64,000 nt of DNA, taken from a virus. Taxonomy: Duplodnaviria; Heunggongvirae; Uroviricota; Caudoviricetes. The notes under the pieces were generated by a model. The model was not told the DNA's origin, did not search any database, and worked only from the letters and a program-made list of their open reading frames with translations. Both the position numbers and the translations under genes were made by a program. How positions within the stretch are numbered: position 1 is the first letter of the stretch; each line of letters starts with the position of its first letter. Positions 1 to 9,546 of the stretch are shown piece after piece. Location of the stretch: IMG/VR virus record IMGVR_UViG_3300037467_000966; one strand, given 5' to 3'.

Positions 1-85
1 CCTATTCAAAAAGTATCGTCAATACAGTCCCTGAGAACTTTTTTGTCAACGATTACCGCTTGAATTTTCTCAACAAAATTTTCTC

Positions 86-3000
86 TTACTGAGGTGTAAG
101 AAGATGTTTGTTAACCCGTTTGGGAATAGTTATCTTCTTGACGATGATACTTCTTTCATCATATTGTGGGTTATACTTCGTGTAGCAAGTCAGCTTGACC
201 ACAAGGTCTTTCTTCAGCTGGTCTGCAACCGTAGCATATACATCAGGGAATAAGACCATGCGCTTATTGCCTTCTAATGTATCGACATTAATAAATGCCA
301 TTGTGTCACCTTTCTTAGTCGGCATCACTTTGAATGAAGTCAAGATGCCGCCCGTGTTGACGTTCTCGTAGTCGCCCAGGTAATCCCAATTCACTGGCTG
401 AGAAACATCGGAGAGAGGATTACCAGAGACATAAAGCCCCAGTAATTCCTTCTCTGCTTCCAGTCTAACCTTATCAGTGAATCCATTGATTTCGTCAGAC
501 AAGTCATCCTTATCTCCACGAATCATGTACAATTGCTGCAGGATGTCCATACGGTTCAATGCATCCTTGCCCAGCTCGTCCAGCGCACCAGACCTTGCTA
601 GGACTTGAATGCTCCGTTTGTTAAGCTGCTTTTTCGGAAGTGTTTCAACCAGGTTCTGCAGACTTGTATATGGTCTTGCTTCCATAATATTAGATATTAC
701 TGCTTCGCCTAGTCCTTTGATAGCTGCTAAACCGAAACGTATATCATTACCTTCAACGGTAAAACCTACACCTGATGTATTAATGTCAGGCGGCAGGATA
801 TTGATTCCCATTCGCTTACATTCATTGATGTAGTTAATAACCTTTTCTTCCTTGTCTGCACCAATGGTTAATAGAGCTGTCATGAACTCTATTGGATAGT
901 ACGTCTTGAAGAAGGCAGTCTGATACGCAATGAAGCTATAACAAGCCGCGTGGGACTTATTAAACGCGTAGCCTGCGAACGGACGGATGTCATCACATAT
1001 ACGCTTGGCAACGTGCTGTGGTGTGCCGTGTTCAATCATCTTTGCTTCCAGCTCCTCTAAAGCTGGCTCTAAGATTTCCTTCTTCTTCTTACCTACGGCT
1101 TTACGTAGTACGTCCGCTTCGCCTTTCGAGTATCCAGCCATCCGTTGGGACACTATCATAACCTGCTCTTGGTAAATCATGATACCGAAAGTCTCTTTGG
1201 TAATGGCATCATACTCTGGATGTAAAGCTGGAATGTCTTCTTGACCATTCGCACGACGCTGGTATTGCGGAATATAATCCATCGGGCCTGGACGATACAA
1301 TGCGTTTCCAGCTACCAGTGTGTTGAAGTCTACCTTGTTCATTCCTCTGAACATCTTCTTCATACCATCTGACTCAAACTGGAACACGCCGTCAGTCCAT
1401 CCGTCTTTAATGGTCTGGAATACTTTCGGGTCTGTAGGCTCTAAGCTATCTGGGTCAATGTCAACGCCGTGACGTTCCTTTACAAGGCGTCTGGCAATAT
1501 CAACAACCGATAAGTTCTTTAAACCTAAGAAGTCAAACTTAATGTATCCGATTGACTCTAACGTTGGCCCTTCATACTGGGTAACACGCTCACCGTTCTT
1601 ACCACGCATTAATGGAGCTGCCTTTGATACTGGGTCAGGCGTGATTAACATACCACAAGCATGGATAGATGCAGAACGCGGAAGCTTCTCTACCTTAGAG
1701 GCTAACTCAAACAGTTCAGGATACTGACTGATATACGGCTGTAAGTCCGCGACTTCTTCCATCGCATCTTCAATGGACATAACCTTTCCTTGATGAACAG
1801 GGATTAGCTTATTCATGTCATTGATAATGTTGTGGTCAATGCCTAGACCGCGGCCAATATCTTTGAATGCTGCTTTTGTGGATAAGGTAGTGAACGTACC
1901 AATCTGTGCTACTTGGTCGGCTCCGTACTTCTCTGTAACATAATCAATAACTTCATGTCGTCTGAGGTAGTCGAAGTCCGTATCAATATCTGGGAAGCCA
2001 GGTCGCTCTGGATTAATGAAACGCTCAAACAGCAAATCATATTTGATGGGGTCTAAGTTTGTAATATGAAGCAGGTAACAGACAAGAGAACCAGCACCAG
2101 AACCACGGCCTGGGCCTACTAATATCCCATTGTCTTTCGCATACTTAATATAATCCCAAACGATTAATAGATAAGCTGAAATGTTTTTCTTGGCAATAAT
2201 ATCAAGCTCATAGTTCATCCGTTCCTGGTACTCAACAATGTTGATATCTCTGTCCATTGCTAATTCAAATAAGGCTACGTTACATAGCTGTGCAATGTAG
2301 GTATCAAATGTATGTCCAGATGGAACATCAAACTTAGGGAACTTAATGTCGCCCAGTTCTAATTCCACATTACACTTCTGAGAAATCTGGTACGCATTCT
2401 CTAGTGCTTCATGTGGGATGCCAAAGTCGAGCATCTCTTGAGCACTCATGAAGTAACAATGCTCATACACAGAGATGTCTGAAGCGTCCTCACTGCGTCC
2501 AATTGTTGTTAAGGCAGCGTGAATAGGCTTCTCTTCTTTGCGTAGCATATGGGCGTCTGAAGTGGCTACAAGCGGGATGTTCATCTCGACTGACCATTGT
2601 CTCAGAACCTCATTGACCAATATTTGTTCAGGCATGTCTGACGGTTGAATCTCAAGATACAATTCATCAAAACATTTCTGATAGAAGCGAATCAGGTTCT
2701 TCGCTACTTTATACCTGCCTCTTTGAATCAACTGAGGAACTTCTCCGCCGAGACAAGCAGTTGTGGCAATAATTCCTTTGCCATATCTTTTAATCAGTTC
2801 ATAGTCTGCGCGAGGCTTACGATAGAAGCCCTCCAGCTGGGCACGACTGGTCAGTTCCAGTAAGTTCTCATAGCCTTCATTTGTTCTTGCAATCAGAAGC
2901 ATATGAGCCATATTTGGACGCCAGCCAGTTTGATTCTTTTTGTCAAACCAGAATCCAGGCTGCTTGTCGTACTCCTCTTTCTTCCATGTCCTGTGCGGTG

Positions 3001-3283
3001 TGAGATAAATCTCGTTACCCAGAATAGGTTTTAATCCAGCCTTCTTCGCCTTCGTATAGAATTCAATATGCCCATGACAAACACCATGGTCCGAAATACC
3101 TATTGAATCCATTCCGTATTCTTTGGCAAGCTCGATTAAGTCATCAATCCGACAGAATCCATCCAACAAACTCCATGGAGTATGAAGATGCAGATGCGTA
3201 AAACGTACCGTACTAAAAACATTGTACGGAATATTAGTGACTTCCTGTTTAGTATCAACAGCAAACGATAAATCGTGCGTCAC
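86..3283 (-). CDS. dnaE: DNA polymerase III alpha subunit, DnaE family (PHP domain, polymerase core, C-terminal OB fold)
   Basis: 1065-aa ORF. N-terminal PHP motif HLHLHTPWSLLDG...SDHG. Long collinear polymerase body and a C-terminal OB-like segment typical of DnaE. Confidence 0.9.
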   Translation of the reverse strand: MTHDLSFAVDTKQEVTNIPYNVFSTVRFTHLHLHTPWSLLDGFCRIDDLIELAKEYGMDSIGISDHGVCHGHIEFYTKAKKAGLKPILGNEIYLTPHRTWKKEEYDKQPGFWFDKKNQTGWRPNMAHMLLIARTNEGYENLLELTSRAQLEGFYRKPRADYELIKRYGKGIIATTACLGGEVPQLIQRGRYKVAKNLIRFYQKCFDELYLEIQPSDMPEQILVNEVLRQWSVEMNIPLVATSDAHMLRKEEKPIHAALTTIGRSEDASDISVYEHCYFMSAQEMLDFGIPHEALENAYQISQKCNVELELGDIKFPKFDVPSGHTFDTYIAQLCNVALFELAMDRDINIVEYQERMNYELDIIAKKNISAYLLIVWDYIKYAKDNGILVGPGRGSGAGSLVCYLLHITNLDPIKYDLLFERFINPERPGFPDIDTDFDYLRRHEVIDYVTEKYGADQVAQIGTFTTLSTKAAFKDIGRGLGIDHNIINDMNKLIPVHQGKVMSIEDAMEEVADLQPYISQYPELFELASKVEKLPRSASIHACGMLITPDPVSKAAPLMRGKNGERVTQYEGPTLESIGYIKFDFLGLKNLSVVDIARRLVKERHGVDIDPDSLEPTDPKVFQTIKDGWTDGVFQFESDGMKKMFRGMNKVDFNTLVAGNALYRPGPMDYIPQYQRRANGQEDIPALHPEYDAITKETFGIMIYQEQVMIVSQRMAGYSKGEADVLRKAVGKKKKEILEPALEELEAKMIEHGTPQHVAKRICDDIRPFAGYAFNKSHAACYSFIAYQTAFFKTYYPIEFMTALLTIGADKEEKVINYINECKRMGINILPPDINTSGVGFTVEGNDIRFGLAAIKGLGEAVISNIMEARPYTSLQNLVETLPKKQLNKRSIQVLARSGALDELGKDALNRMDILQQLYMIRGDKDDLSDEINGFTDKVRLEAEKELLGLYVSGNPLSDVSQPVNWDYLGDYENVNTGGILTSFKVMPTKKGDTMAFINVDTLEGNKRMVLFPDVYATVADQLKKDLVVKLTCYTKYNPQYDERSIIVKKITIPKRVNKHLLTPQ

Positions 3284-3410
3284 TTGACCACCAACTTTCC
3301 TGATTAAATTGTTTATGACATATATGATACACCCATAAATAGGGTGATGTCACCAAAAACTTTTGTGGAAATTACCCTCCACTTTCTACACGTATCCCTC
3401 TAATCGGTGT

Positions 3411-3450
3411 CCTAGCTAAAAATAAAAGAGCCACCCCGAAGAGTAGCTCT
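3411..3450 (-). terminator. Intrinsic terminator (hairpin with CGAAG loop plus U-run) after the OB-fold gene
   Basis: Inverted repeat agagccacc/ggtagctct around ccgaag. Followed on the transcribed strand by CUUUUAUUUUUAG. Confidence 0.5.
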
Positions 3451-3465
3451 GTGCATTCAAATTAA

Positions 3466-3855
3466 TTATGCTTCAGGCAGCAGAGCAATCTGGTATGATA
3501 GTACTCTCACTGTTTCTGTTTTATGTTTGTTGACGGTTATCTTCTTACCCTTCTTATCATCGTAAGAATGAGAAGTATCAAGACGGCCTACCTTGCCTTC
3601 AACAATGACAGCATCGTCTTTGTTTAACTCGCCGTTATTCTTCACATATAATTCATATGCTTTTGGAGACAAGACAACCTGTGTCTCTCCGATTCCATCG
3701 TCTAATGTGAGGTAAACACCTTCACCAAAATCTGTCATGTTCAGGATAGCTGTAACCTTACCGCCGACAGTCACGGTTTCTCCATGAGAATTTGCATTCA
3801 AAGATGCACTAAACTTTGTAACAAATGGCTTTAAACGTTGAACTAAATTTGTCAT
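3466..3855 (-). CDS. OB-fold nucleic-acid-binding protein (tRNA_anti-like OB), separate gene upstream of dnaE
   Basis: 129-aa ORF. The G-x-V-x-V-x-G-x-V segment (GETVTVGGKVTAIL...VIVEGKVG) resembles the DnaE/PolC OB domain. Confidence 0.5.
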   Translation of the reverse strand: MTNLVQRLKPFVTKFSASLNANSHGETVTVGGKVTAILNMTDFGEGVYLTLDDGIGETQVVLSPKAYELYVKNNGELNKDDAVIVEGKVGRLDTSHSYDDKKGKKITVNKHKTETVRVLSYQIALLPEA

Positions 3856-3920
3856 GGCAGAAGCCCTCCTGGTCTCTTTTATTAACGATAAGCTTTATAA
3901 GACAGAATTGCAAGAATAAT

Positions 3921-4637
3921 TTATCCTGCTTGAGCCTCCATGCTATCTAATAATTCATTGACCAGTTCATCTGCTTCCGCATTCTCTTCTCGTGGTACAT
4001 GAATGAGATTAATACTATCAAACTCTTCTAGTAATTCTAATGCACAATCACGTAATCGTATTAAGTGTGGCGCTTTTGTAGTAGAAATTCGGTTGACTTG
4101 TGTGACAACCATTCTTGAATCGCTAAAGACATCAATGTGTTTTGCATTTAAACCGTTCGCCAATAGGTATTCTAATGCTTCGATTAATGCAACATATTCA
4201 GCTGTATTGTTTGTAGCTTCTGCTTCTGCGATGTGTTTTTCTGGGTCTTCATGTTGGAGTCTTGGCAACTGAATGGATGAACCGAGATACTTCGCTCCCT
4301 TGTGTAATAGCTGACTATCTCCACGAACAATGTAGGATATGCCGCTTACATTCGGTCTGGTGGTATCGTTGTTCCCTCGTGCCGCGCCGTCCACATTCAC
4401 AACCAACCGTTGGTAGTTATACTTAGGCTCTAGTTTCTCTTTAATTTCTCTGATAAGTAAATCAGTATCATGTCCATCTTCCTTTAATTGTTCAATGAGC
4501 TTACGAAGCTCTTCATTCAATTCATATAGTTGTTGGAGCTTGATAATGTTTCCTTTAAATTTGTCCAGCTGGTAAATCTTCTCCATGTATACTCTAAGAA
4601 GTTCCACCGCCATGTTGTAAGATACTTTGTAATTCAT
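3921..4637 (-). CDS. rnhA: Ribonuclease H (RNase HI-like) with N-terminal coiled-coil extension
   Basis: NVDGAARGN...AEYVALIEALEYL...DSRMVVTQ...HVPREENAEADELVN matches the RNase H catalytic DEDD signature order. Confidence 0.8.
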   Translation of the reverse strand: MNYKVSYNMAVELLRVYMEKIYQLDKFKGNIIKLQQLYELNEELRKLIEQLKEDGHDTDLLIREIKEKLEPKYNYQRLVVNVDGAARGNNDTTRPNVSGISYIVRGDSQLLHKGAKYLGSSIQLPRLQHEDPEKHIAEAEATNNTAEYVALIEALEYLLANGLNAKHIDVFSDSRMVVTQVNRISTTKAPHLIRLRDCALELLEEFDSINLIHVPREENAEADELVNELLDSMEAQAG

Positions 4638-5425
4638 AAGATGTTTTCCCCTTTTTGATGTGTTTATTTATCACTATCTTTGCCTCCTTTTGTTTAACAA
4701 ATACAATGGGACTTCAGCTCAACTGAATACCTGCCACTCAGTTATTTCACGTATATACTCGTACTCGGTCTTCACTACTGAGGGAATGCGCCACCACTCG
4801 CCGTGGGATTACACGTCTTACATATACTTCGTCTACTAGCCACTGACTTTCATAGGGAATTTTAGGGGCGGACAGTGCCGTGACCCTTGGCTCTTCTATT
4901 GCTTGGGCGTCCCTTGCATGACATGAATTCGGTTTATCTAGCAGTACGAATTTTTTCGTGGCTGGCAACTAAGCCTCCATTAGCCGAAGCTAAAGCTAGG
5001 TACAGTCTAGAATGCCGCCTAGACCGCAGCCAGTAGTTCCCTACTTATCTTCCCCTTACTAGAGATTCCTAATATCTTATGTCAGAACACAGTATGAATT
5101 CTCATACCGTCAGCTCACATAAGATTAACTTAGATTTCGGATAGGCTGTCAGGTCACGCTCCTTCATTTATCTGCTGGTGCATCCCCCAGCTAGCACCTA
5201 CGCATCCTAATCTCTAAGTAAGACAAGAAGACTTCAGATATGTCGTCACGGATATTCTTCGGCCCACCGTGCTATCCCAGCCGATATATATGGGATTACT
5301 AAAAGTTCTTGGCATCTTCTTTATCTGGTGACGGGGTTAGTTTTTGGAAGGAGAATAAACCGTCATATCTCCTGGCTCTGGTCAACATTTTTTATTTAAG
5401 CGGGAAAGCTGCCAAACAAAACCCT

Positions 5426-5512
5426 TGGAGCTGCCAGGAGGATTCGAACCTCCGACCTCTCCCCGTCGATGTGGACTCTTGGGGGAGTATTCTACCGCTG
5501 AACTACAGCAGC
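5426..5512 (-). tRNA. tRNA-like gene with encoded CCA. Canonical acceptor, D and T arms, but a 19-nt anticodon loop (12-nt insertion). Anticodon possibly AAG if the insertion lies after position 37.
   Basis: Minus-strand read GCUGCUG-UA-GUUCAGCGGUAGAAU-A-CUCCC[19 nt]GGGAG-AGGUC-GGAGGUUCGAAUCCUCC-UGGCAGC-U-CCA. The 7-bp acceptor stem pairs (two GU), and the T loop UUCGAAU is canonical. Confidence 0.5.
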
Positions 5513-5619
5513 ATATAAAAGACACCCCGCGAAGGGTGCCCCAGTGAAAAAATTATTCTGCCTGCTCGTAGTATTTCTCTAGGATGTTTTGGATATCCAC
5601 ATATGGAAAACTTTCTGTG

Positions 5620-5823
5620 TTATACATTTGCATCATTCTCCTTTTTCTTTTTCTTTAATTTATGCAAACCGAAATCAACAAGCGCATGTAAACCAAACCC
5701 AAGAAGGAATAGTTTAATAAGCCCGAAGAATCCAGTGAAATTAAATCCAAGATTAATTAAAGCTGTTGCAATAATAACGTACAGGATAGCGGCAATAATG
5801 AATCGTAAGTTACGATGACTCAT
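5620..5823 (-). CDS. Small hydrophobic membrane protein
   Basis: 67-aa ORF with two predicted TM stretches and a lysine-rich C-terminus. Abuts the vWA gene stop. Confidence 0.4.
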   Translation of the reverse strand: MSHRNLRFIIAAILYVIIATALINLGFNFTGFFGLIKLFLLGFGLHALVDFGLHKLKKKKKENDANV

Positions 5824-6614
5824 TACAATACAACACCTTTTGATTTCGCTTGACGTAACCAGTTAGGGAATTCTTTTAATACGGCTTCGTAAAGCTTCTC
5901 GTCAGCAATTCCATTCACATCTGAAATCTTTGTGAAGTCAGCGTTGTCTAAGTAGCGGCCTGTTAAATCATCCAATGATTGCAGATAGTTGAATGACTCA
6001 TTGCCGATACCGATGAACTGCCAGAAGATACCCTGCTTAGCAGCCTCAGTAATCACACGAGTTGTTTCAGAACGGTCACCATTGTCACCATCTGTCATGA
6101 AGAATACCAGTGTAGGAATCTTAACAGGCTTTACATCTTCAGGCATAACCGTCTTGCTTACTACTTCTGTTACGGTCTTTGATTTTGCACCGAACAGTTT
6201 GCCAAGGAATCCAGCTTCCACTTCTTTTGTTACTTCTTCTTGAACAACTTGTGGAGTGATAGCTGTGCCGTACTTAGCAATAATTTGTTTCATTACTGGA
6301 GCATACTCCGTACCACCAGATGCACGAAGACCCTTCTTCTTTAAGAAGTCTTTGTGATTGCTTTCATTGGCAGAACCAATATATTCATAGCCATGATTGA
6401 AAGCATAGATGTCGATTGATTTGTTTGGGTCCATGTTCATTCCAACGCCGATGAAGCGGTCAGCTTGTTCTTGAACATTCCCTTTGTCAATTTCCCATCC
6501 CATAGAACCTGATTTGTCGATAGCGAATACGATGTTCGCTTGAAGACCAGCAAGCCCTAACTTCTCTAATACGATTGCAGATTTCTTTTTTAAATCAATT
6601 ACGTTACCCAACAT
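5823..6614 (-). CDS. von Willebrand factor A (vWA) domain protein, TerY-like
   Basis: MIDAS motif VFAIDKSGSMG followed by ...FFMTDGDNGD. Sits next to the TerC/TerD genes. Confidence 0.8.
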   Translation of the reverse strand: MLGNVIDLKKKSAIVLEKLGLAGLQANIVFAIDKSGSMGWEIDKGNVQEQADRFIGVGMNMDPNKSIDIYAFNHGYEYIGSANESNHKDFLKKKGLRASGGTEYAPVMKQIIAKYGTAITPQVVQEEVTKEVEAGFLGKLFGAKSKTVTEVVSKTVMPEDVKPVKIPTLVFFMTDGDNGDRSETTRVITEAAKQGIFWQFIGIGNESFNYLQSLDDLTGRYLDNADFTKISDVNGIADEKLYEAVLKEFPNWLRQAKSKGVVL

Positions 6615-6619
6615 GTTTC

Positions 6620-6660
6620 TCCCCCTAGAAATTAGTAAAGCGGCCCCGAAAGACCGCTTA
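6620..6660 (-). terminator. Intrinsic terminator-like hairpin after terC
   Basis: aagcgg-ccccgaaaga-ccgctt stem-loop, then an A/U-rich tail on the transcribed strand. Confidence 0.45.
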
Positions 6661-6730
6661 TTTAAAGAATCGTCTGATAGCTCTGATGGCTCTGTCTATA
6701 GATGTAATCATGCTGATAAGTTGTCTGATA

Positions 6731-7483
6731 TTACGCGGCAACATTTTTCTTGCTGCCCTTGTTCTTTAATGCGTGAACCACAAATGTTAATCCAAATGTG
6801 ATGATTAAAACAATAAAGAATAACCAGTCTGGAGCTTCATATGAAGTCCAGTGTTGACCGATAAGGTTACCTACTTCATGCAGTTCAGTTACAAACATCT
6901 TAACCGCAATCAAGAAGATAAGAACGAATGCTGTTCCTTCCATCTCTGGAACCTTATTGATAAGCTTAATGAATACACCTGCAACAGAACGCATCATTAA
7001 GATACCAAGGATACCACCAGCGATTAATACATAGAAGCTTTGAGATAAAGCAAATGCTGCTAAGATACTATCAACAGAGAAAGCAATGTCCATTAACTCA
7101 ACAGAGATAATTGTTGTAACGAATGGCGACAAGCCAAGCTTACCAAAGAATGCTTGAACCTTGTTTTCTTCGAACTCGTCATTGATACCATCGCCGTCTT
7201 CGTCTTTCTTCTTAGAGGCAAAATGCTTAATAGATAAATAAGCAAGGTATAAAGCACCAACTGTTTTGATGGCCCATAAGTATTCCCAATCAGCGATATA
7301 AGCCCAGCCGAAGATACATACAGCACGGAAGATAATCGCGCCCCACATACCATAGAAAAGTGCTTTCTTTTGCTGACTAAGTGGTAATCTCTTTGTCATT
7401 ACTGCAAGTACTAATGCATTGTCTGCGCTTAGCAAACCTTCAAGTACGACTAACGTAACTACTAGTCCAATGATTGATAACAA
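6731..7483 (-). CDS. terC: TerC-family integral membrane protein
   Basis: Multi-TM 250-aa ORF with the TerC signature LLSADNALVLAV near the N-terminus. Confidence 0.85.
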   Translation of the reverse strand: MLSIIGLVVTLVVLEGLLSADNALVLAVMTKRLPLSQQKKALFYGMWGAIIFRAVCIFGWAYIADWEYLWAIKTVGALYLAYLSIKHFASKKKDEDGDGINDEFEENKVQAFFGKLGLSPFVTTIISVELMDIAFSVDSILAAFALSQSFYVLIAGGILGILMMRSVAGVFIKLINKVPEMEGTAFVLIFLIAVKMFVTELHEVGNLIGQHWTSYEAPDWLFFIVLIITFGLTFVVHALKNKGSKKNVAA

Positions 7484-7634
7484 CTATTCCAACTCCCTAA
7501 TTAATATTTGTTTTTGATTTTGTCCACTACATGTTTTGCTGCTGCCTTCACATTATCGTGAAAGAAGTGACCTACCACATAACCAACCACGAATGTAAGA
7601 ATCGTCCCTGACATCTTCATTCCCCCTGTAGATA

Positions 7635-7672
7635 TAATATCTATATATAAGAAAGGGCCGAAGCCCTCTCGT
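7635..7672 (-). terminator. Intrinsic terminator after terD (RNA hairpin GAGAGGGC-UUCG-GCCCUUUC plus U/A-rich tail)
   Basis: gaaagggccgaagccctctc inverted repeat immediately downstream of the 7676 stop. Confidence 0.55.
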
Positions 7673-7675
7673 ATT

Positions 7676-8257
7676 TTAAGCGACTGTTAATCCATAATCT
7701 TTAACGAAACCAGCTAGGCCATTTGCATAACCAGCACCGATAGCGTTGAATTTCCATTCGCCGTTTACTTTATAAATCTCACAAACTGCTACTCCAGTTT
7801 CAATAGAGAAGTCCTCACCTAAATCAAAGCGAAGGATTTCTTCATTTGTGATTTGGTCATACACGCGGACATAAGCATTGGATACTTGTCCGAAGTTTTG
7901 AGAACGACGCTCTGCTTCATAGATAGTTACTACGAAAGCAAGCTTCTGAATGTAAGCAGGCATTACTGAAAGGTCAACTTTGATTGTCTCATCATCGCCC
8001 TCTGTGCCACCAGTCAACTCATCCCCTGAGTGCTCAACTGCACCAGAAGCATGACGTAGATTATTATAGAATATAAAGTCGCCTTCGTCACGAGTTTTAT
8101 TTAATTCATTAACCATGAATACTGAAACATCCAGGTCAAAGTCTGCTCCGCCAGCATACTTATTTGTATCCCAGCCTAATGCTACATTAATCTTTGAAAG
8201 GTTTGTTCCTTTCGTTAAATCAACACGTTGCCCTTTTTTTACCAACTCAACTGCCAT
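7676..8257 (-). CDS. terD: TerD-domain stress/tellurite-resistance family protein
   Basis: GWDTN...GADFDLDVSVF...GD..TGGTEGDDETIKVDL...FVVTIY.A...QNFGQVSNAYVRV..GEWKF.A.GAGYA.GLA is a near-textbook TerD. Confidence 0.9.
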   Translation of the reverse strand: MAVELVKKGQRVDLTKGTNLSKINVALGWDTNKYAGGADFDLDVSVFMVNELNKTRDEGDFIFYNNLRHASGAVEHSGDELTGGTEGDDETIKVDLSVMPAYIQKLAFVVTIYEAERRSQNFGQVSNAYVRVYDQITNEEILRFDLGEDFSIETGVAVCEIYKVNGEWKFNAIGAGYANGLAGFVKDYGLTVA

Positions 8258-8388
8258 GATTCATTTCCCCTTTTCATAAAAGTCTTTTACTTCCATCCAT
8301 GCTTTTTTATAACCATAGTCATGACCTAAACAAAAGCCACCAACGACTGCGATGGTGACTATGCCTAGCATCTTTAACACTTCAATCA

Positions 8389-9006
8389 TTAGTTGATTCC
8401 AGCTACATAAGCCTCAAGACCGCCGCCGTAACCAGCGCCAACAGCTTTGAATTTCCAATCTCCACTGTGCTCATAAAGCTCACCAATAACCACGCAAGTT
8501 TCAATTGAGAAGTCCTCTGATAAGTCATAACGAGCTACCACTTCACCAGTTCCATCATTGACTACTTGCACATACGCATTGTGTACTTGACCAAAGTTTT
8601 GGTTACGTGTTGCTGCATCATAGATAGTGATAGCAAAACGAACAAACTTTGCAGCGATAGGAAGCTTCGCTAAATCAATTGTTACTGTTTCATCAGGGCC
8701 AGTACCTTCACCAGTACGGTTATCCCCAGAGGATACCACGCTGCCCGTAGGGTCACTTGGATTATTGAAGAATACGAATGAGTTCTCAGATATGATTTTG
8801 CCTCCATCACCTAAGATTGCAGCAGATGCATCTAAGTCAAATGCAGAACCGTCATACTGATTAGCATCCCAACCTAATTCCACTTTGAATTTTGTTACTC
8901 CTGGTACTGATTTTGTAAGATTGATGTTACCGCCTTTTTGCAAATTAATCATTTTGTTATTCCTCCCAATTTTTCTTTTGATTTTTTCTTGAATATATTT
9001 TATCAC
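8389..9006 (-). CDS. terD: TerD-domain protein (second paralogue)
   Basis: LGWDANQYDGSAFDLDASAAIL...SGDNRTGEGTGPDETVTIDL...QNFGQVHNAYVQV...GDWKFKAVGAGYGGGL has very high similarity to canonical TerD. Confidence 0.9.
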   Translation of the reverse strand: MIKYIQEKIKRKIGRNNKMINLQKGGNINLTKSVPGVTKFKVELGWDANQYDGSAFDLDASAAILGDGGKIISENSFVFFNNPSDPTGSVVSSGDNRTGEGTGPDETVTIDLAKLPIAAKFVRFAITIYDAATRNQNFGQVHNAYVQVVNDGTGEVVARYDLSEDFSIETCVVIGELYEHSGDWKFKAVGAGYGGGLEAYVAGIN

Positions 9007-9081
9007 TGCTCTTCACTTGAGTCATAGGCTTGCGCTCCCAAGTGATTCGCGGTGGAGTTACCTTTGGCTTTTTCTTTTTCA

Positions 9082-9327
9082 TCATGATTCCTCCGCCTTT
9101 ATGCTAAATCTTGTTCTGCAAACAGGGCATTTAAATCCAGCACTGAATTCTTCGACTGGCTTTATCCTTGGAACATAATAGTTCTCAAGGATTCTTCGAA
9201 GAGCATTTAGTTCAAAGTTGTTCAACTTCTTCAATGTCTTCTCCTCAAAGAAATATACAATGCCTGGATTTGGCGGCGGAGCTAACTGCATAATTTCTGC
9301 GATGTGCTCATCCTGTCTTCTACCCAT
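9082..9327 (-). CDS. Small hypothetical protein with C-terminal CPVC zinc-ribbon-like motif
   Basis: 81-aa ORF containing FKCPVCRTRF. Confidence 0.4.
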   Translation of the reverse strand: MGRRQDEHIAEIMQLAPPPNPGIVYFFEEKTLKKLNNFELNALRRILENYYVPRIKPVEEFSAGFKCPVCRTRFSIKAEES

Positions 9328-9339
9328 TCAATCACTTCC

Positions 9340-9546
9340 TTACTCATCTAACTTAAATGGTTCCCATACCTTATCATCCCAGCTAGAGGATATGTTGCTC
9401 AGCTTTTCGCTGTCAAACTTCTGTCTGAAGTGTTCTTCCAACTGTTTAACCACGGCGGGATTTACAACAAAGCCACCCATGTTATGGTCAATCAGAAAGT
9501 TCTTCAGGATAATCTTGCGAATAATATCATACTCTTTATTCACCAT
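9340..9546 (-). CDS. Hypothetical protein
   Basis: 68-aa ORF collinear with its neighbours. Confidence 0.4.
   Translation of the reverse strand: MVNKEYDIIRKIILKNFLIDHNMGGFVVNPAVVKQLEEHFRQKFDSEKLSNISSSWDDKVWEPFKLDE

Noticed and set aside
4747-4968. 73-aa minus-strand ORF in the 4.6-5.4 kb region
   Set aside because: R/V/P-rich, no RBS, and embedded in a GC-elevated structured-looking region. More likely non-coding.
4638-5512. Possibility that the tRNA-like 3' end belongs to a tmRNA (ssrA-like)
   Set aside because: The acceptor stem closes locally (87-nt unit). No tag reading frame ending in a hydrophobic Ala-rich peptide plus stop was found upstream, and the upstream space is occupied by a plausible small membrane-protein gene.
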